A stretch of 64,000 bases of DNA from Podarcis filfolensis (taxonomy: Eukaryota): assembly GCA_964270895.1 (NCBI GenBank), contig OZ185450.1; one strand, 5' to 3'. This document shows, in pieces, positions 13,638-26,744 of the stretch. How positions within the stretch are numbered: position 1 is the stretch's first letter; the number at the start of each line of letters is the position of its first letter. Below the pieces are notes generated by a model. It was not told where the DNA came from and did no database searches. It saw only the letters and a program-made list of their open reading frames with translations. A program made the position numbers and the translations under genes.

Positions 13638-13638
13638 A

Positions 13639-13705
<67 letters not shown>
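13638..13705. repeat. Compound (CA)n(GA)n microsatellite
   Basis: Directly visible. Confidence 0.97.
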
Positions 13706-13709
<4 letters not shown>

Positions 13710-14139
13710 TAGCTATGCAGCGACTGCATATTCATCAGCCCTTGGAGCAGAAGAGACTAAGGCTATGCTCTCCAGCACAAGTGGCAGGGCAGCCTCCAGG
13801 CTCCTGAGAAACAAATCCTTCTTTTGAACCCCCGTCTCTGAGAAAATGACGAACTGATGGCAAATGAGGTTTTCTAAAGCCTCTCTCAATCCGTGTGAAT
13901 TTTTAAGCCTTATCTTTCAATAAAGATTTCCCAAAGACAGAAAAACAAATGTTTAACTATGAATGGCTGCCCTGCCCAGCCTCCATCCTAGCATACACAT
14001 TTCTACTTCTCCACAAGACCATAAGGCCACAACATAAGTAGAGCGCTGGTGGACTAGACCCGAGGCCTTTCGAGAAGCTCACAAGGAGGACATAAGCAAC
14101 AGGTATTCAGAGGTACCCTGCCACTGATCCTGGAGTTAA

Positions 14140-14225
14140 CACCCTGCCATCATTAGTAGCCTTTGATAGCTTTATCCTCCATGAACGTTTGTGATCCTCT
14201 TTTAAAGCTATCTAAGCGCTATGTT
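14140..14225 (-). mobile_element. CR1 3' region fragment
   Basis: cctttgatagctttatcctccatgaacgtttgtgatcctcttttaaagctatctaag matches the reverse of the CR1 'ttaaaagaggattagacaaattcatggaggataaggctatcaa' motif. Confidence 0.65.
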
Positions 14226-15189
14226 GGCAATGACATTAGCCACAATCAAAACCAGCTCTTGCTTAACCAAGGTTTTAAACCATGTAACCAAGACGAGTTC
14301 AAATCCTGCTCAGGTGGGAGCCTTGGCCAGCCTAAACCACTGTTAAAATTGCTATTAACATCACAGTTAGCCACAGTTTAAGGCTTGTAGAGAAATAGCA
14401 GAGGGAATTTGCATTCTAGACAATATGAGGTACAAGGAAGGAGCGCACACTCCTGGTTGGTTATAAAATAATTTCATCTTCCTTGGGCCCAACAGCTTTA
14501 GAATAAGAACATTCTGGATACAGCAGCTACTTTTGAATGCTCTCCCATCCTGCAAACCTTCCTCACTTTAGATTAGCTTGCCAGGGACCCCATGTGTGTT
14601 GCTGATTCTTCTGAATCACCATGCACTCTCTCTACATGAGCCACCATTGGGCCTCTGAAGTTCTGTCAGTGCCCCTCAGAAGCATGAGACGGCATCATAC
14701 AAGATGCCCAACCCAATCCTGTAACTGCACATTGCAAGGGAAGATCAGTGGTAAGTTGGCATCAGTCAAGTCATGTGACCCTTGGAAGCTTCCACCATCT
14801 CAGAGGAAAGAGGACTGCTCCTGTTGCTTATCGCCAAGAGCAGGAGGTGTTTCCAATTCTTCATGCCCTCACCTGGGATGGAGTCTCTTCAACGTATCTA
14901 TTAATAATAGCTTGACATTTGCAACATTAATGCAAACAGCACACAATTTATGGCAATTGCTTCCAACAATGACTTGAAAATTTGCTCCAGGCCAATTTCC
15001 TCTCATTGCTCAGGCATCCCAACCCATTCCAGAAGTATACAGCAGAAATCAGTAGCATGTTTGGGGAAGAAACGCCAGATGTCCATCCCATTTAAAGGTT
15101 TTGTCAGTTAACAAACAGCACAATCAAGGTTCTACAGCATCCAAGCCACAATGATTTAAAATGGCCTGAGTGCAAACATTTATTTAGAA

Positions 15190-15567
15190 CAGTGGCTCTC
15201 AATTTTTGTTCTGTAAACCACCCTGATACCTCTGGGTATATAAATTCAACAATCAATCAATCAATCAATCAATCAGGGTGTGGCATACCACCCTGGAGTG
15301 GCAGGAGAGGACGGCAAGTGTGGCAGGAAGATTCAAGGACAATAAAATAAACATCTAAACAATTCAGAGTAATATGGTAAAGTATAGTATCAAAATAATG
15401 TTATTTGCAGCTGAATATGGATAGATATCTGTTCAAAATCAAGCACTGTTGGTTGTTATTTCGTTTTGTGTTGCAATGTATTTCTTATCAATAAAAAACG
15501 TCTGTGTGGCACGAGCAAATTTTTATTCTGAAAGTGTGGCCCAAAGAAAAAAGTTTGAGAACCACTG
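15190..15567. mobile_element. hAT (Charlie-like) non-autonomous element, 378 bp
   Basis: TIRs cagtggctctcaa / ttgagaaccactg; 8-bp TSD atttagaa (15182-15189) vs ctttagaa (15568-15575), 7/8 match. Internal (AATC)n run. Confidence 0.88.
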
Positions 15568-17349
15568 CTTTAGAAGAAGACAGAAACAAGTCAATTTTTG
15601 CAATTAACAAAAACACATATGTTTTTCCACACTTCATTTTGGCCAAGAACAAAAGCACAGTATTTATAAAAATAAAAAACTAAACGTCCACAAAGTCCCT
15701 GGACTGACGCTTGCCAACTAAAACACCTACTACGAATTTAGTAATGGCTTAAGCAAACATAAATTACAGGGCCAGACATTTTAAAAGGGAAAAAAATTGA
15801 TTTATCGTCACACTGGAGACACGGCAGGATAGCAGTGTAATTTCATTTTTCCATATATTCATCAACACTGAAAATGCATTAATTGAAAAAGAATCCAACA
15901 GTTGTTTTTTTTAAAAAAAATCTATTCATTTCTTAACTTCACGTGTCCCTTAATTTGCTTATAAGTAACTCTCAAGGGGTGAGTTTCCTGTTAGACACAA
16001 ACAGGGGAGAGGGGGCTTAGGGGTGGAGGCTCCCTCCTTGGGGTGGCTGGGTTGGGTTTGATGGTCTTCTACTTCCTTCAAGTCTTCTGAAATCTTTTTT
16101 TAGCAAATATAATTTTTCTCTTAATTTATTTCCAGATATGACTATTGCCAATGAGTCAAGATACAAAAAGAAGTAGCAATCATCACAGGGGAGTCACAGT
16201 ACCAGTCCAGGGGACTGGATTACTGAAGGGGGGAGATGTTCTTCACCTCCATCTTCAACATGGAGCAAGCACCTGTCTACAAAACTCTTGCCACAATAAA
16301 TTGGTTCTGCAACATTCAGGCATTATTATCTGCCTTATTTGCTGCTTGAATTGGAGTTTCTTAGTTTCTGTTGTTTTAAGAGTTTTTAATGGTGTGGTTA
16401 TTCTTGCTGAGCTTTGTTATTGCAGTACATACTGGAAATTTGAAAGACAGAATAAAAAATCCTTAATAAATAATAAAAGCTCAAATCCTCTCCCTCTTTC
16501 AAATACCATTGTCAGAAAGAAGCCCTAATAGGTGTTGAGACCTATTAGCAAAGCATGCTAATATAACTTTTCTGTTCTCCCAGTTGAAGATTACAGATGT
16601 GTTACAATTTACAACAATTTAGATTTTGCATTACCAGCTATTTGCTCATTCAACTTGGCAATTACTGATTACAGTTAGCTTCAAACTGAACCACTTTTAA
16701 ACTTCTATTTATAAATCAATCTTCTTTATTAAAGCAAGCAAACCTTCTGCCCAGCCAGTAAACCAATCAAACAATCGAGTTTTAGAATATGTAGACAAAA
16801 TGTAAAATATACACACTATTGCTCCGCTACATTGTAGTTTCAAGAGTAACCGCTTAACCTTGCATAAACACTTAGAACACACTCATGATAGTTGCGAGAA
16901 ATTGCAGGGGAGGCTTTCCTGTCAACCACTTACCTACCAACCACAAAAAAGGGACGAACACCACTGGCTGGCAGAAAAGAAAAAGGTAGCATTTATTCCA
17001 AGCCCAGATCCTTCCATAGGGACACATTTTTAGCAGCAATTCTCAAATGCAAGTGACTGGTGGGTATACATATACCAGCCATTAACAATATTCTACAGAA
17101 TACTGAAAACTCCTCCCAATGAGGAGTTAAGAAGGAGAATAACAACAGGAGCCAGAGACTTCCTCTGATCAGGGTGCAATAATTGCAATAATTTTCGCAA
17201 CGTACTACATGACCCAATTAGTCATTTTAGCACTTGCTGGAAAGTGCTAAAGTGTTCTCATTCAAAGAAAGAAATCAGATAGATCTCACTTTAAAATGTT
17301 ATTTGCATCTGATCTCTATATTCATTCACAGTCCCCTCATAGTCTCTGT

Positions 17350-17460
17350 TGGGGGAACCCTGCAGGTGTTGATTGACTACAATTCCCATCATCCCTGAAC
17401 GCTGGGTCATGCTGGCTTGGTTTGGTGGGAGCTTGAGTCCATCATCTGGAACTACACTGG
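17350..17460. mobile_element. Short palindromic MITE (gactacaattcccatcatccctg family), degenerate
   Basis: gactacaattcccatcatccctg...gctggcttggtttggtgggagcttgagtcc; same family as the copies at 33076, 49365 and 61273. Confidence 0.55.
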
Positions 17461-20400
17461 GATCAAATTATTTCAAGTCAAGGCTATCCATCACAATGTC
17501 AGAAAACTAACACATTCTTTCTAAAAATGGTCTAAAATCCCCTTCAAATAAAATCATGGGCACTCCTAATTAGATTGCCATTCCTTGTCCCCAAAATCAC
17601 TGCCAAATTAGAATCCCAAAAGTTGATAATGTATTTTTATTTTCTATGGGAATTTATTCCTCTTTATTCCTGCTTACTTCTTTAGAAATCCATTTTAAAC
17701 ATAATCTGTTCAAGACCCTAATATTTAAAACTGATGTTCAAACGATTTCCCTCTACACACGAATATATGGCACAACTCAATCTCTTATAAATCAAACATT
17801 CAGTTATTTTAGGTAGATTAAAAAATGCAGAGTTGTCAGTATTCACATAATACTGAAAAATTGCTCATTTGCGCTCACAGTAAGCTCTGTGGTTGGGGAA
17901 AAAAATTCAGTCTATGTGAAGTTTCATACCTCATGATATCAACCTACAAATTTATACTTGGGGGCTGCTCCTCTCTCACAGAAAAGCAAGAGCATGACAC
18001 AGGACATCCTGTGGTTACTTGTGATATCCCTCAACCTGTTTCAAAAGTAAGGAAGGGCAGGGTGATAAAAGCCTGAACTCTGTGCTCCTTTCCAGTCTCA
18101 CCACACAAAGATGCAAGGGGGCAAAGAGATTGTCTGAACAGAACCCCTGCTTACAAAAAATCCCAGGAACCATGAAATCACATGGCTGAATGTGGACTTT
18201 TAACTGCATGGTTTGTAATGCAAAACTATGGTACAAAAAAGAAGTCTTCCTATGTGTATAGGCACTTGGTGATTAGTGTTAGCTGGGACATGCCCCGAGT
18301 TGTAACAAACACAGGCCCAAAAGTACAAAAGAATTGAAGCTAGTGCCTAGGAATTTGATACATGTTTGTGTCTGTCTGTCTTTTATAGGTGTCACCTAAA
18401 GGTTAGATGCTGGCACTGAATTATTTGAAACACGAGACAGACAACCCAGGTCCTGTCTGGTTTTTTTACAAGGGTGGGATAGAGCACTACCAATTCTATT
18501 AAAATGCAGTTGATCTCTCTCTGTGTGTGTTTTAAAAAATAAAACCACATAAAATTAATTCCAATCCTTAAACCTAAGTCTATCTCCATATCATAGAGAA
18601 AAGGCAATCATAGACACTTTGTTCATGTTTTGCAATATATTTAAAACATTGTATATTGCTTCAGAAGAAAACATCTGATTTGGCTATCATACAACACGGG
18701 GTGGGGGGAAGAGTCTAATGAAATAAACAGCAATTGAAATAAATCACTGCCACCGCACACAAAATATTTTAGGGCAAACTCGGAAAGCCAAAAAAAGAGA
18801 GTCCATGGTGTAATTAACCAGATGCCTCTTAGGCAGTTCTAGGACCCTGGGAGTGAGATCATATGCTTTTCGGGAGAAAACTTCCCCATGGTTCAAAATT
18901 TCCATTTACTTAGGAGAGAGTTTGGGGGTCAGCAGGGGGCCATCACAACGCTGTAAGTGTTAAGGTGCTCTGTTTGAGAGTTCATTTATTCAGTTTTCTG
19001 TCAGCATGCAAGATTCTCTTTTTCCAGGCCAGTTAGAAGCTGTTTATGCTCAGAGCACACCTACTGCTGGTTATGCTCAAAGGCTCTGCTGTGCGATTTC
19101 AGATTCCAACTGGATTTGACCATCAGAGTCTAGAAAACAGATGTCCGATGGGCAGTAAAAGCCCACTCTCTCACTTCCATGCCTCACCACTGAGTACATA
19201 TGCAGGCCGGATAGAGGAAATGGCCATGAGGCCGGCAATCAAACTTCCAAGGGCCTCTTTTGCCCAAAGGAAAATAGTCAGAAAGGGAGCAGAGGTCACT
19301 TCAGGCAGAGGCAGTTCAGACATCATTAGCAGCAATGGCAGATAGGGGGATCACCCAGGCTTCTGAAGCGATGTTAAACCCCTAACATCTAATACTATGA
19401 CACACGGATCCCACTCACAATTGTAACGACATATTCCCCAGTCCATTTTAGCACAATCATCTGACCATTGCCAAGAGCTGCAGGTCAGCACATTCCATGG
19501 CTAATGGGGATTTGGACATACTAGTGGTAAGTTCACAAAACCTCTTGTAGCTGAGCCCCTTGTTTTCTGAATGGGGACACCTTTCACTCCAATGGCTAAA
19601 AAGCTTCGGAGTTTGAAATAGCAACCATTACACACCTTCAGAAAAACTACCCCTCCCTTCCATGGTTTCAGGTGAGTCAGTTTGTTAAGGGTGCTGAAAA
19701 GTGTCAGACAACTCTAACTGCTTTGCTTAGGACCACATCAGTGAGGCTGAGAGGGGGTCTTGTTGTCTGGGTAACCCAGGACCTCCATACATACTGCCCA
19801 GGTTTTAACACTTCTCAGCAATGTTAACAAACTAGGATTATTTGGGGGAGGCCATGACAGTTTAAGTAGCATGATACTGCTTTAAATGCAATATAGTGTA
19901 GAGAGGGCCTAAATCTTGCATCCAATCAGACTTTTAAACAGGTGCAGCTGCAAATGGCTAATTTTTTGAAGCCAACATCTTCAGACACCATTTGTGGCTA
20001 CAGTGGAATTGCACTGCAAAACTGAGCAGGAGCCAACTCAGTTTCTCCCTTCGATACTCCCAGTTCTAGGCTTGAACAAATAAAAAATGCCTTTAGCTTT
20101 TTGATCCACATTAACCCTCCAAACTCTCACTTCTGATGATTTCCTGGGCATGCAGAACAAAGCCGCTAAAAGCCATTTATAAAATAAGTATTTCTACTAG
20201 CAATTATGTGGTCAATTCGAGCTCCTGAGTGACTTGAGGAGATTCTAAATTATCAAGATCAACCACGTTCTCAAACATTAATAAGGGATGCTTAGATGAT
20301 GAGCTGCAGGACCTGTAAGAAGCTGCACAGCTGGCAAAACAAAATGGCTGTTTTTAATTAAAGCCTCTTCCCCCCACCTCCTGATTTTAACACAGTATAT

Positions 20401-23049
20401 GTTTCAGACAGTCTTAATCCTAAAATGGCCAGAACACCCTATAATTAACTATTTTATTAAAGTGACTAACTGCAGAAAATTCAAATGCATGATATCACCA
20501 TTATGTAACAGAACGTAATGTACAGTCCTAGTGAGGCCTTGTCCAGAAATATCACCTTTTGTCAGTTGTACTCAAACTCTCACAGCAAGGTTAACTCATA
20601 AATTTTACCTCCGAGCATTCACTGCTTATTTACAATGAGAGACTAACTCCCCAGAGGGGCCATTGCTTTAACAATGCAACAAAGCTCTCTCCTGAGCTTG
20701 CTCAAAATCTAGCTGCTTTTTCTCAACAGATATATAAAAGGGAGCACATGAAGGAGGGAGTCGCTTCAGTTTTGCAGCCAGTTTCACAGGGAGCTAGTAT
20801 TCTCCCAGCACAAATGCAGCAATAGCTGACCCTCTTTAATAAGGGTTAAAGAATCAGGGATGGGTCATGGGACGGCACGCTCCCTCCCCATCCAGACCTT
20901 TCCCTCTTGTGAACAAATCCCACACATTTGATATAGCTTATGTTAACAAAAGCTCACATGAGGTTCAGGGCTTGGGTTCCAAAACTCAATTTTGGAGCAC
21001 CCCCTAAATTTGGGTTAACTAGGAATAAGGCCAAGCAAAATTAATCTAAAACAGGGTAAAAAGCAGTGGTACTGTGGGAGGGGGTTTCCCAGCACAAGTG
21101 GAGACTGAGCATGTTTGTTCCATTACATGTGCTTTCAACATTATAATCTGCTCGTATTATTGACTAACTCCCATTCATTTTAGTGGGGCACCCAAAGGAA
21201 TACTGATCAAAGTGTTGAGTTGTGCTTTAGTTACTGACTAGTTAAACTGGTAGTGGGCTGGTTATTCTAGAAGTGACATTTTTGCATGCTCCCTAGAGAC
21301 ATATTGAGATGGCACAAGATATCCATATAATTCACATTACCAATTTGGAAGTGAAACAAGATTCCTGTCAGCTGAAGCAATTCATATGCAAGCCATTTCA
21401 CAACACATGAACTTAAATATTCTGAATGCATAATGAAGTAACCTGAAGCATTCCTCACACATACCTGCCAAAAAGAAGTTCGAAGAAAACTGGGGCCAAG
21501 TCACTGGAAGTTCCTTTCACAGGGTCTTTTCAACCAAGACATACATTTTGGTAGCAATCAGTATCAAACTTCTGCGTCAAGTTGTTGAGGGATGTAGCCT
21601 CTGGCTGTTGCTCCCAAACTATGCTACATTAGCCGGAACACAGACATATGGCACCAGATGTTTTCCAAGATAATGTAATAAGACCCAGAGGGAGGGGAGG
21701 ATCAGCTGAATAAATCTTTGAATTTAAAGATTTAGAAAACTTTTTTCCTAACTTCAGTGGTAGCAATACCTGCACCCGCTTCATATATTACAAATGCGTC
21801 CAGCTCCAAAATACCGTTGTAAAAATAAGCCGAAGCACAGAAACAAATCACTGGTGTAAAAAATATGAAATCCTTCTGCAGCAGGGGCTTAGTCTTAGGA
21901 GAGGTTGCATTCCTGCTGCTAAGGCAGCTGGTCCCATGCAAAGTCTCAGAAGGTGGTTGGTAAGGCAGATTCTGCTCCTGAGGGCACCTGATCTCTGTGC
22001 AGTTGGAAAGCATGCAGCTCAGAAGAAAAGATTTGAATTTGCTAAAAGAGCTATAAAAAGAACATACTTGATCACGTCTCTCTGATCTCTGGAACATCCT
22101 AAGAGTCCAGTCTGCAGACATTGCAGAGCTGTAACTGCCACTGACAGTTCAGCAGAGTGAGGCTCTGCTCTAGGGTTCTTCTAAATACCAGTTTATTTGC
22201 AACGGAGTCTGAGAAAGTTCTTTGGGCATCCTGGACAGCAGTATGTGGAAAGCTAAAAGCCGAGAGATGCTTAAACTACTAAACCTGTGACAAGACATGG
22301 AAAAATGTGAGAGGGAAACAATCCTAAGGAGTTTACCCAGATACTCCAACGCTGACTGTCACTGTCTGTCTGCTGCATAGAAATCAACAAGGCAGCTGAA
22401 AAAAATTAAAGCTCTGTCATGACCTTGTCTGAAACGCCTTTCCTCTCTCCCCACCCATTGTGTGCCATCAAGATTCAAGCAGGACAAACCAGGATATTAA
22501 AGAGACTTAGCTACAGCTTTGTAGGTTCTATAAAATAACCCAATGGACTGCCTTGAAGGCCATGTTTGTTGCCAACACCATTTACATCAATAAACATTTT
22601 GAAATGAGGAGTTTTACTGACTGGCAGACCAGCAACCTACCCGGCATTTGTGCATGTGTACCACCCTGTAATTTAATTTATAATTCCAACATGTGGCCCA
22701 CCAGGCTTCTGAATGGGGCTTGCTGACTGGGCCATACGGCTTGGGTCCTATTTCACCTAAGTTTACTATCCGCCACCCCCAACAATTCAAGGAATTGATA
22801 CTAACCTTCATGGTAGTGCCTAAACTGGGAAATTATTTCCTCTGGTGCAAATCTAGCAGTATAGCAAAGCTTCTCCCAGTCTCCATCTACTGCAACTTCA
22901 AGCATATGCAAACAGGAATGCAAGTTCTCATTAACTCAGTTTCTTCTAACCAGTTTTTACTTCTTCTATTAAAGTTAATGTATGCTGTATACTACTTTTT
23001 CTGATGTGTGTTTTTTTAAAAGAAATGTATGATCTATAAATATTTAAGT

Positions 23050-23084
23050 AAACAAACAAACAAACAAACAAACAAACAAACAAA
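23050..23084. repeat. (AAAC)n microsatellite
   Basis: Directly visible. Confidence 0.95.
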
Positions 23085-23143
23085 CGGTCAAATGCCTAGG
23101 ACTCCATCCTGCTTGTTGGAAACAGGAGTAGAACCTACACATA

Positions 23144-23507
23144 AAAAGGTAAAGGACCCCTGACAGTTAAGTCCAGTTGCAAACGACTCTGGGGTTGTGG
23201 CGCTCATCTCATTTTACTAGCAGAGGGAGCCGACATTTGTCCGCAGACAGTTTTTCCGGGTCATGTGGCCAGAATGACTAAGCCGCTTCTGGTGAAACCA
23301 GAGCAGCGCATGCAAACGCTGTTTACCTTCCCGCCGGAGCGGTACCTATTTATCTACTTGCACTTTGACGTGCTTTCGAACTGCTAGGTTGGCAGGAGCT
23401 GGGACTGAGCAAAGGAAGCTCACCCCTTCGCGGGGATTCAAACTGCCGACCTTCCAGTTGGCAAGTCCTAGGCTCAGTGGTTTAGACCACAGTGCCACCT
23501 GCGTCCC
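23144..23507 (-). mobile_element. Full-length Sauria SINE with 15-bp TSD
   Basis: Canonical Sauria sequence. TSD tagaacctacacata at 23129-23143 and 23508-23522. Confidence 0.95.
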
Positions 23508-25105
23508 TAGAACCTACACATAGTCTGCCCATTTAAAAAAATTAATGTCATTATTTTCCTTTATTTCACTTTAGATACATGCTTTAAAGCCCTACTAGTA
23601 TATGCTGACTCTCGTGTGCTGGAGTAAAAGGCAAAGATAAATTCTTTTTAGGGAATAGTTCATAGAAACATTATATACAGCAGTTAAGATAATCTACTTT
23701 GAGGAAGAGGCATAACTCAGTGGTAACGTTTCTTACAAAGGAGGAAACTCCATTGAACACAGTAGGCTTTCTTCTGAGAAAGCATGCACAGAATTACGTT
23801 GTAAATGCATTAACTATGTTGAAATTGGTTCCATAAAGGAACAGGATAAAAATATTAGAAATATAATTCATCTCAGTGGTTCACTGAATGTATGAGTTTG
23901 GTTTGACAAGGAACTCAAGTTTAGTTTGGAACACCCAACGTTCGCAATGCCATCCGTTTTGACAACAGCAAAGTGTCAGGTCTTGTGAATGCCTAAGCAG
24001 TTCTTCTGATACCTTCCCTGGCTGTGGCAATCAGAGCTGCTACCCACTGGTGCCTGTAATCACCTGAGAGAGCACAAGATGGCCCTGTCGGTTCTTGCTG
24101 CCTGAGTTGCGTCTTCAGTCTTTGCATGAAGTAACTACATTATCAAGCATGCTGCAGCTGAGACAGGTCTCTTCGGATTCTTTAATTGGCCCCACTTCAA
24201 TGTTTAGCTCTTAAAAGAAGTGTGTATAATACGGTATATAGATTAATAACAAAACTCGTTAAGTCAAAAGGGTGAAACCCCTTTGCAGAGAGAGCAAATA
24301 GGTTCTCCATTACATTATTTGCAAACAACTCCACACCAAAATAACAACACAAAATGTGTGCAACTTTATTATTTTGGGCCTTCTGAATCCTAACATGCAG
24401 CAGGCTCATTTAAGGAACAACAGACAGAAGCTGCAATATACAAAGGTTTTTTTGTTTAATCTCATGTGGGCACATTACATGCAATCTCTTTACATAGTTT
24501 GTGTTTTTGTAATAGCTTCAGCTACACAAATCAATATTTGTTCATGTTCCAAACAACAGATCTGTGTAACACAAACACTCAAAAAGTATAGGATAAATAT
24601 AAATACTTTCTTCTACCTTATTGCATCCAACTTTGTCTAGATGACATTGTCTCTGTCATCATTGTGAAAGTTCACCGCAAATTCACTAGCTGTGAATTAT
24701 GGTATCAAAACAGTTGGTTTGGTTTTTGCTATTGTGTTAGGGCAGTGGGGGGTGGGGGTGGGACTGTAGCCCTTTGAGTGCTGTTGGGTCTCTAACTCTC
24801 ATCAGTCACAATAAGTACAGCCAAAGGTCAGAGACAATAGAAGCTGTAGTCTGACAATATCTTGAAAGCCACAAATTAGCCACTGTTAGAGACTCTTTTA
24901 TTTTAGTATTCCCCCCCACTCCCAGTACTAAAAGTGTCTTACTCTTCTCCTCATCACCAAAGCTGTCTTCTACAATTCTCTCAGTTAAATCAAGTGGTCC
25001 ATCTCACAACTCAGAACAGCAGCCAGAAAGTAGTATTTTTAAAAGTCAAGGAATTTCAGAATTTACATCTTGAAAATCAAGCACTTTGCTAGGCAAACAG
25101 ACTTT

Positions 25106-25297
25106 GGAACACATGAATTCTTTACACTGGTCTGTCTAGTCCGGTATTAGCAACCCTCACTAGCAGCAGCTATCCAGGGATTCAAGACAGGGATATCTCC
25201 AGCCCACCACGCAAGTTTTGTTGAAGTACAAATGCAGGAAAGTGAACCAAGGACCTTCAATGTGCAAAATACATGCTCTTCCACTGAGCTGTAGCTC
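25106..25297 (-). mobile_element. Squam3-like SINE
   Basis: ctgtctagtccggtattagcaaccctcactagcagcagctatccaggg...gtgaaccaaggaccttc...catgctcttccactgagctgtagc is the reverse of the Squam3 body plus tRNA head. Confidence 0.7.
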
Positions 25298-26440
25298 AGC
25301 TACTTTCTGAAAGGTACCGAAATGAAAAGCGGTGGGCTATGCTCATGCTTGCACAACACATTTACTCAACCAAGATAGCAAAACACTTCCCATTCTATAC
25401 TTGTTGATCTTTGCAATCTCAACACCACTACACGGAAGAACCTTTCAAATGTGCCTTCTGCCCATAGAGAAAAGATTGTAATCTTACCTGATGCAATAAA
25501 GCTAACATGAGGAGCTACTTTTACCATGCCATAGATATTCCACATTTTCAATTGGTCACAGGACCTTAGTAAAAATCACTTTGGTAAAATTCACTTTATG
25601 AAATGCTGCAGCTGAGAGATGAATTCACTATGGTTTGTTAACCTACATAGCACATAATCATTACGTACATTCATGGAGTGAAAACATCCCCAGAGCATTA
25701 AGCACTGCCTTAATGGATTCTTAACAGTAGCCAATGATGAAATAGTTAACTTCAAATGGATGCAGAAAGCAAGGTAAATATGGCCAAAGGAGGGGTGGGG
25801 GTGGAGTGGGGCAATGCCCCCTGCCAACTCTGTGTGATTTCATTGGTGTGAATTTTCTGGACAAGTTTTATTTGAATTTTTCTGACATCCTAAATTGATT
25901 GAGATCTGTTTTAGCATGTTTATTTAACCTATTATTTAGTAAGTGCAACTTTTAAAACGCCATGTTAATTTTATATGCTGTATAAATATATCAGAGCTTT
26001 TACCAATAGCCAAAGGCATGTCAACTGAAATTATGTTGCGGTGAGGGGGGTGTGTGTGTGTGTCAATAAAGCACACTTGTTGTACTTTAAATTATACTTT
26101 CAAACCAAGTGAAAGCTTTAATAAATATATGCTTTTAGATACAACAACTCTATAGCAAACATGTCCCTAACATTAAATATTATGCGTATAACAGAAAAGC
26201 TACTTTTAACATGCCCAAAGAGCTGTCTATTAATATATTATTATTTTCCTAGGTACAACAAAAAGGTCATTACAATTTTGAATCTGCTCAGTTTGGGTGG
26301 CATTATATTATTAATTAATTTTATGGATGTTTTCTACAGGAACATAAAAGCAGTATAATTTTTTCTCTCTCATATGCGTGCTGATTTCACAATGTGAATA
26401 AAGGCAGTGTTATAGTTTAGACTGCTTCTAGTCAAGTCAG

Positions 26441-26441
<1 letters not shown>

Positions 26442-26484
<43 letters not shown>
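26442..26484. repeat. (CA)n microsatellite ~150 bp downstream of exon 2 donor ((TG)n on transcript)
   Basis: Directly visible. Confidence 0.95.
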
Positions 26485-26487
<3 letters not shown>

Positions 26488-26588
26488 GTTATATATACCC
26501 CAAGCTTAAAATATGAGTTCTAATGAATAATCTGCAAGTACAAAACACACAACTTTGTTTCAATGGGGAAAAAATTGTGGGTCTGTTA

Positions 26589-26744
<156 letters not shown>

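Noticed and set aside
24742-25812. G-run clusters (24742-24763, 25790-25812) as G-quadruplexes
   Set aside because: Ordinary frequency for vertebrate introns; nothing distinctive.
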